In this document: one piece after another, positions 56,485 to 64,000 of the stretch
Layout: each line of letters begins with the position of its first letter
Position numbering within the stretch: position 1 is the stretch's first letter
Source: Eledone cirrhosa
Lineage: Eukaryota
Direction: 5' to 3'
Length of the DNA stretch: 64,000 nucleotides
Assembly: GCA_964016885.1 (NCBI GenBank)
Contig: OZ024742.1
Location: forward strand, 65,844,001-65,908,000
Notes under the pieces: model-generated
Database searches by the model: none
Told to the model about the DNA's origin: nothing
The model's input: the letters and a program-made list of their open reading frames with translations, nothing else
Made by a program: the position numbers and the translations under genes

Positions 56485-57255
56485 CTGAAAAAAAAAAACG
56501 GAACCATTTTTACTTTTCTCTACATTATTCATTTTTTGAACAACACTGATGAAATTCTGAATATATATATATATTTCAAACCATGAAAACTAAAATATCA
56601 CTATCTTTTGATGTTTTTGTCCAAAATTACAGCACGTGTTCCAAATGATCTCTAGTTGAATCAATGTATTCTTTGAGACGCATCGTAAAGATTAGTATAA
56701 CGTTTTTACAAACAGACTAAGGGATGGCTCTGATCCCCCTGATGTTTTCCTTTAGTTCAGTAATGGTCCAGGGTCTTTGGACCTATACAATATCCTTCAC
56801 ACAGCTCAAAAAGAAATCTAGGTAGGTTAAACTAGGGCTGTGTGGGACCCGGGAAAACTCATCACATGATTTCCAAAATTAATTTTCATCAATTCTCGCA
56901 ATTCAATGAAGGTGAGGGCTTGCTCCGTCTTACAGGAACCAGAACTTGTTACTTATAAATGAGTACATTATCTGTATCTCCATATTTAGGTCTTCTAGGA
57001 CATCCACATAACGTTCCTTTGTGACACCATTTTCTTAGAAAAAGAAGCGGCCAGTCAATTGGCACCCCAGACGGTACATTTAGCCGTGTTGGGGAAGGCA
57101 CAGGCATTTCAGTGGTTTTCTCTCACCCCAGAACACATTTTCCTTAGAGTGAAAGTGGGCTCTATCAGTGGTCCACAGCAGATTCAGAAAATTTACATTG
57201 TTTCCCATATACTCCAGTACTTTCTCAATCATAACCTTTCTCTGTGTGATCCCGT
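56485..57255 (-). mobile_element. Degraded Tc1/mariner transposase remnant
   Basis: Minus strand, correct order: LWTTDRAHFH..NVFWG (cf. WFSDEAHFH), WFL*DGA, PHSPSLTYLDFFL (cf. SPDLNPLDFFLW). Confidence 0.7.
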
Positions 57256-57658
57256 GCACACACACACACACGCACACACACATATATATATATATATTTA
57301 TACATACACATATATATGTCATATTGATATTATTTAATTGATGAAAGCTGGTTGATCAAATAATAAGCCGACTGTTTCGTAAACAAACGTAAAGCTCTCA
57401 AAGTTTTGTATTAAAAGATTTTCTCGGTAAAGTAACAATCGGAATATTAACATAATAAATACTTGAGACGGTTATTCGTACATCTTCATTTTATTAGACA
57501 ATTCCATTATACGTATTTCACAGATGTCAAAGTGGTTATATAATTACCCCCTGGCATGTTTTCGTCCGATGGTGTATTTTCCTATATATTGATACGTTAT
57601 ATACCAATAGATAGGAAAATACATACATACACACACACGCAAACACACACACACACAC

Positions 57659-57730
<72 letters not shown>

Positions 57731-58157
57731 GTCTGTATGTATCTATATCATTTAGAATATCTATAATGGTTAACCAAGTGTTAAAAAATAAGATCATAAG
57801 CCAATCAAGAATAAATTGTTGCTATTGTAAAGCCGAAAGTCATATCTATGTTCAAGGGCATTCTAGCCCTGAATTTTCTAGATACACTGTAATAATAGCT
57901 AGGATATCCATTGCTGTCACTATCAACTATTTGCAGGCTTTACAGAAAGAATTGGGATTGATTTGAATAAAGAATTCATATTATCGGAACAGATATTGCA
58001 AAGTATCCCGTCCGACTCCTTAACAATTCCGCCAATCCACTGCATATGTATATACTTTAATTATCAATCATGAAATATCAAAGGAAAAGTTGTCTCAGAG
58101 AGAGCTGGGAAAATATTACGACTCTTATTCCGACGCTGCGGCAGCTGTTATTTTTTG

Positions 58158-58342
58158 GATTGGCAGTATCGGTTGAGGGTTGGACGCCATGCTTAGCAGC
58201 AGAGATTTACGGCCCTTTCTGGTCTGAGTTCAAATCCCACCGTGGTTAACTTACCTTTCATCCTTGCGGGGTCGATAAAATAAAGTACCAGCATTACACT
58301 GGGATAATTGCTGGCCTTGTGCCAACAATAAAAAACAATTAT
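58158..58342 (+). mobile_element. SINE family A
   Basis: GGATTGGCAGTATCGG..GAGTTCAAATCCC..GGGGTCGATAAAATAAAGTACCAG. Confidence 0.9.
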
Positions 58343-58653
58343 TACATATATATATCTGTCAATAAAATAAAATTGAGGGAGAATTGGCAGCTATTTCTTT
58401 TGTATCCTTGTCACCATTGAATGCTACGTAATCCATTGACAATAGAGACATTTTTTCAAGGATGATGATGTGGTCACTCTACACTCGATCTCCAATGCGC
58501 TACGCAGTCTTTTACAAGCAATAATATTTCAAATAGAAGCCAGATATTAATCTATTGTATTGGAGATGAGACGATATACCAAATATAGCCTGGTGAGGTC
58601 ATACTGATTACAATCACACAATTAGAGATAAAGAATAGCTTTCAATAAGCTTT

Positions 58654-58733
<80 letters not shown>

Positions 58734-58742
58734 CTCTCTCTC

Positions 58743-58832
<90 letters not shown>

Positions 58833-58854
58833 TATATATATATGTATATATGTA

Positions 58855-58926
<72 letters not shown>

Positions 58927-59327
58927 TATATATATATATGAAGCTTATATATATATATATATATATATATGAAGCTTATATATATATACATGTGTGTGTG
59001 TGCGTATGTGTGTGTGTGATGTATGTATATGAATTTGACGTGTACATGCGTGGGTTATAAAATATGATATACGATCATTTAAGTATAAAAAATTCTTTGT
59101 TGCTTTGTTTTATTGATGTATTGTTAATACTTTCTTACGATATAATTAATACTGCCATACTTAAAATACCAATACTTATGGCAATAAAAATTGTCATCAT
59201 CATCATCATCATTATTATCATCATCAATAATAACGTCCGTACTTTATCTTTTAAGAACCTTAATCTTTTCTTGAATATTGTACATTTATGAGCATTTTCC
59301 TAATTGTGACGGGATAAAAATAATAAT

Positions 59328-59657
59328 ACTTGCTTCTACTTTAGGCACAAGGCCTGCAATTACCCTAATGCATTACTGGCGCTGTATTTGCTCGACTCCA
59401 TAAGGATGAAAGGCAAAGCTAACCTCAGCGGGGTTTGAACTCAGAACGTAAAGGGCCGTAATAATAATAATAATTGTTTCTAGTTTAGGCACAAGGCCAG
59501 CAATTTTGGGGGAGGAGAAAGTCAATTAAACCGAACCTAGTGCATTACTGGTGCTTTATTTCATCGACCCCGTAAGGATGAAAGTCAAAGTTAACCTCGG
59601 CGGGATTTGAACTCAAAGCATTGTCTGACGCTCTACAGATACTGCCAACCCACCGCC
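59328..59657 (-). mobile_element. Two tandem SINE family A copies
   Basis: 59328-59460 and 59472-59657 separated by (AAT)n. Confidence 0.85.
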
Positions 59658-59660
59658 CTC

Positions 59661-59713
<53 letters not shown>

Positions 59714-59714
<1 letters not shown>

Positions 59715-60570
59715 CTTTCTTTATTAACCACAAGGGTTTACATAAAGTAGACATTAAGGACAGTACAGGACAATACAGGACGGTACAAATGGGCATTTCT
59801 GCGTGTAAAAAAAAACAAAAACAGAGGATGTAACAACAAAATAACAATGAAGAATTCCCCAATAGGGGGGAGACTTCCGAGGGACATTTGTGGAGAAAGC
59901 CCAGTAAAAGGACACAGTGACCCTGACCACCAGGGCAAGTGCCCTCTCCCAGTTTTTCACCTTTAATTTACAGACACATACTCAGTGTAGGCCCATTCAC
60001 TCGGGCCATACTTGCTTCTCTCACCCATCTTTCAACAAAATGAGAGCACTTCCCTCTCTACCCTGATTTTCCTTTTCAAATGAAATTTGAAAAAGTTAAT
60101 CAGGGCATCACCGAAGAGGTAAGTGCTCGTCTTCAGCCCTTTCAAACGCGTCCACCATACTATCTCTTTCGCCATGGCCACCAGACAGATAAAAACTACC
60201 TGCCCTTCCCGGCTAAAGGAAGAGAGCGGGGCAATCCTCACGATGGACTCAGCTGATAGCCGGATCCCTCCTACACGCGACAGCAGGTGTTCGACATAAA
60301 CCCACAAGTCAGGAATTCTCGGACACTGGACTAGTGGGTGCAGGACGGTTTCGTCGCCCCGCGCGCATCTCGGACATGGCCGGCTGACGGCACTTCCACG
60401 CCTGTAGAGTTTATCCCGAATTGGCAAAGCTCCTCGGTAGCACTGCCAAGCCAGGAATTTCTGGAAGTTGTCCATAGGCCTTGGCCCGAAAGTTCTTTCG
60501 AAGAGATTGGCTAGTTGATTTTCGTCGACACCAGAGTTTCCCCATGTACGTCGTCGCTCTTCCTATCCAC
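59714..60570 (-). mobile_element. Tx1/L1-like LINE 3' fragment (zf-RVT)
   Basis: LAWQCYRGALPIRDKL..CPRC..ETVLHPLVQC; AATAAA at 3' end; (TAA)n both sides. Confidence 0.8.
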
Positions 60571-60665
<95 letters not shown>

Positions 60666-60681
60666 TTAATAATAATAATTA

Positions 60682-61698
60682 TAATCAAGCACTCGACAAT
60701 GAGGGAAAGGATAAGGAAGGAATGTTACCGCAGAGTAAGAGCAATCTTAAGAACGGAATTCAATGCAAGGAATAGGATCGATGCCATAAACACGCTTGCC
60801 ATATCAGTAGTAACCTAGTTACAATGTCATCAACTGGTGAAGCACAGAGATCCGTAGGCTCGATACAAAAATTCGAAAATTCTTAACCATGCATAGAATG
60901 CATCACCCTAAGGCAGATACAGATAGAATATATCTCCCTAGGAAAGAAGGAGGACGTGGGTTAATCCAGTTAGACATTGCGTTGAAAACTGCAACAATTG
61001 GATTATCTACATATCTAAGGGAATCACATGATTGGATGATCAAACTCGTTTTGAAACACGAAAGCATCAAAAGATCATACTCCATTACAAAAGATGCACA
61101 AAGATACAGTAATGGACTATAAATTTCAGAAGTCCCATTTACTGCTGAAATGGAAAACACAGAAAAAGCAAAGCAGGTAAAAGTAACTGCAAAGAAAGAA
61201 CTGCTACAGAAACTGGCTAAGAAATGGCAAGAAAAGCCTCTGTATGGAAAATACCCAGAACGAGCTAACAATCCTGATGTTGACAAAACTTTAACCCATC
61301 AGTGGTTGGCATCCTCTGGACTGAAATCGGAGACTGAAGGACTGATTATATCATCACAAGATCAGTGTCTGCCAACCAAAAATTACCAAGCCAACATAAT
61401 AAAAAATGGATGCAGCCCATTATGCCGTGTATGTAAAAAACAACCAGAAACCATTGACCATATAATTCCAATGTGCAGTCCTATAACTCCAACCGAATAC
61501 CTAAACAGGCATGACAGAGCTGCCCATATACTAAGGAAGATTCTGTCAATATAAGTACATCACAAGTCTAAACACCTAAAGATGCATGTATGAGTATGTA
61601 TGTTATTTCTTGAACATGGCCGACCTTGTTGTCTCTTGAGGTCACTGGTTGTGACTTGGTGATAACTCGTATGAACATAAAACAAGATAAATGCAGCT

Positions 61699-61700
<2 letters not shown>
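60682..61700 (+). mobile_element. R4/Dong-like LINE fragment (RT C-terminus plus CCHC)
   Basis: HHPKADTDRIYLPRKEGGRGL, LKSETEGLI..QDQ.L, CRVC..ETIDHII..C, RHD. Confidence 0.75.
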
Positions 61701-61775
<75 letters not shown>

Positions 61776-61776
<1 letters not shown>

Positions 61777-62677
61777 CTTTCTTTATTAACCACAAGGGTT
61801 TACACAAAGTAAGACATTAAGGACAGTACATGACAATACAGGACAATACAGGACGGTACAAATGGGCATTTCTGCGTGTAAAAAAAACAAAAACAGAGGA
61901 TGTAAAAAGAAAAGAAACAATGAAAAATTCCCCAATAGGGGGGGGGGGGGGGGAGACCTCCGAGGGCCATCGTGGAGAAAGCCCATTAAAAATGCCATGG
62001 TGACCCTGACCATCAGGGCAAGTGCCCTCTCCCAGTTTTCCACCTTCAATTTATAGGCACATACTCAGAGTAGGCCCATTCACACGGGCCATTCTTGCGT
62101 CTCTCACCCATCTTTCAACAAAATGCTGGGAAGAGAGCACCTCCCTCTCTACCCCGATTGTCCTTTTTAAATGAAATTTGAAAAAGTTAATCAGGGCATC
62201 ACCGAAGAGGAAAGTGCTCGTCTTCAGCCCTTTCAAACGCGTCCACCATACTATCTCTTTCACCATGGTCACCAGACAGATAAAAATTGCCTGCCCTTCC
62301 CGGCTAAAGGGAGAGGGCAGAGCAATCCTCACGATGGACTCAGCTGATAGCCAGATCCGTTCTACACGTGACAGCAGGTGTTCGACATAAACCCATAAGT
62401 CAGCAATGCTCGAACACTGGACGAGTGCGTGCAGGACGGTTTCGTCGCCCTGCGCGAATCTCGGACATGCCCGGCTGACGGCACCTTCATGCCTGTAGAG
62501 TTTAACCCGAACTGGTAAAGATCCTCGGTAGCACTGCCAGGCCAGGGATTTCTGGAAGTTGTCCATAGGCCCGGCCCGAAAGTTCTTCCGAAGCTAGTTG
62601 ATTTTCGTCGTTGATTTTCGTTGATTTTCGTCGACGCCTAGATTTTCCCCAAGTACGTCATCGCTCTTCCCCTCCAC
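61776..62677 (-). mobile_element. Tx1/L1-like LINE 3' fragment, second copy
   Basis: ORF 62051-62566 homologous to 60032-60475. Confidence 0.8.
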
Positions 62678-62740
<63 letters not shown>

Positions 62741-62743
<3 letters not shown>

Positions 62744-63616
62744 GGAGCCAATGCTCAGAACTGTACTGAAGGAGGGGACAATAGGCCAGGGGATGTCCAA
62801 GGAGGAAATAACATCAAGGAGAAAGAGCAGCCTTCAGGAAAAATCCCTTCTTTGAGAAAACTGAATTTAGAGATCCACAGACATGGAACTGGTTGAAAAG
62901 AGGAGACCTTAAAAAGGCTACAGAAGGAATGTTAATGGCTGCGCAGGAGCAGGCCCTCAAAACGAAGAGGTTGAAACACCACATTTACAAGGAGGAGGCT
63001 AGCCCACTGTGCAGGATCTGTGGAGAGAGAGAGGAGACTGTGGCTCACATTGTATCCGAGTGTAAACACCTAGCCCAGACTCACTATAAGGGCTGGAGAC
63101 ATGATGTGATGGGCAGGGTGATCCACTGGCACCTATGCAAAGTAAACAATTTACCACATTCTGAAAACGATCAGGTGAAGATGCTGTGGGATTTTAGGAT
63201 ACAGACGGACAAGAAACTGGAACACAATAGACCTGACCTGGTGGTTTTGGACAAAGAAAAAAGATCGTGCCTGATTGTGGATGTGGCCTGCCCATTCGAC
63301 ACGAGAGTGCAAGAGAAGGAGAGGGAGAAAATTAACCGATACCAGGACTTAAAGTGGGAGGTAAAAAGGATTTGGAACTGCCATGAAGTCAAAGGTGATC
63401 CCGATTGTCATAGGCGCACTAGGGACTATCTCAAAAAGTTTCCAGGGATGGTTAAAGAAAATTGGCCCCTTCACGCTTTTTGGAACGCTTCAAAAGGCAT
63501 ACTTGCTGGGAACAGCAAGAACCCTCCGATACGTCCTGAATATCTGAGGCTGCAGGTAGTGGCTTGATATTCATTTCAACAAACTTTCCAGTTAACTAAC
63601 ATCAATAACTGAGACT
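62741..63616 (+). mobile_element. R4/Dong-like LINE 3' fragment with restriction-like endonuclease
   Basis: TEGMLMAAQEQAL, CRIC..ETVAHIVSEC, RHD, LWDF.IQTD..HNRPDLVV..IVDVACP.D..K..Y. Confidence 0.85.
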
Positions 63617-63636
63617 AAAAAAAAAAAAAAAAAAAA

Positions 63637-63660
<24 letters not shown>

Positions 63661-63669
<9 letters not shown>

Positions 63670-64000
63670 GGTCCTCCCTGATTGTAGATGTAGCCTGCCC
63701 ATTTGACACGAGAGTGCAAGAAAAGGAGAGGGAGAAAATTAACCGACACCAGGACTTAAAGTTTGTGGTAAAAAGGATTTGGAACTGCCATGAAGTCAAA
63801 GTGGTCCCGATTGTCATAGGCGCACTAGGTACTATCTCAAAGAGTTTCCAAGTATGGTTAAAGAAAATTGGCCCCGCCCCGCTTTTTGGAACACTTCAAA
63901 AGGCATGTTTGCTGGGAACAGCAAGAACCCTCCGATACGTCCTGAATATCTGAGGCTGCAGGTAGTGGCTTGATATTCATTTCAACAAACTTTCCAGTTA
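63661..64000 (+). mobile_element. Further short 3' copy of the same Dong-like element (runs off window)
   Basis: Near-identical to 63260-63590; VVPIVIGALG. Confidence 0.85.

Noticed and set aside
57365-57405. Minus-strand UUGAGAG..GAAACAGUC hammerhead-like motif
   Set aside because: Core and stems too degenerate

Overview
AT-rich, microsatellite-saturated metazoan DNA. The SINE families and the (TA)n/(CA)n/(GA)n/(TAA)n density suggest a cephalopod, probably Octopus (inference). I cannot support any host protein-coding gene, and almost all listed ORFs are translations of simple repeats. The window is a transposon graveyard: tRNA-derived SINEs (two main families), Penelope-like element (PLE) RT and GIY-YIG fragments, RTE, Tx1/L1-like and R4/Dong-like LINE fragments, non-autonomous Helitrons and Tc1/mariner remnants. 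The main hidden signal is about 30 type I hammerhead ribozyme (HHR) motifs in about 14 sequence families, read by eye. They sit in short elements inserted in (TA)n tracts, often as fold-back pairs. They include a family with the U3-A8 core covariation, HHRs with greatly enlarged stem II, and a head-to-tail ~400-440 nt non-coding unit resembling a non-LTR retrozyme that could yield circular RNA. Coordinates are approximate, and ribozyme activity is inferred from motif and pairing only.
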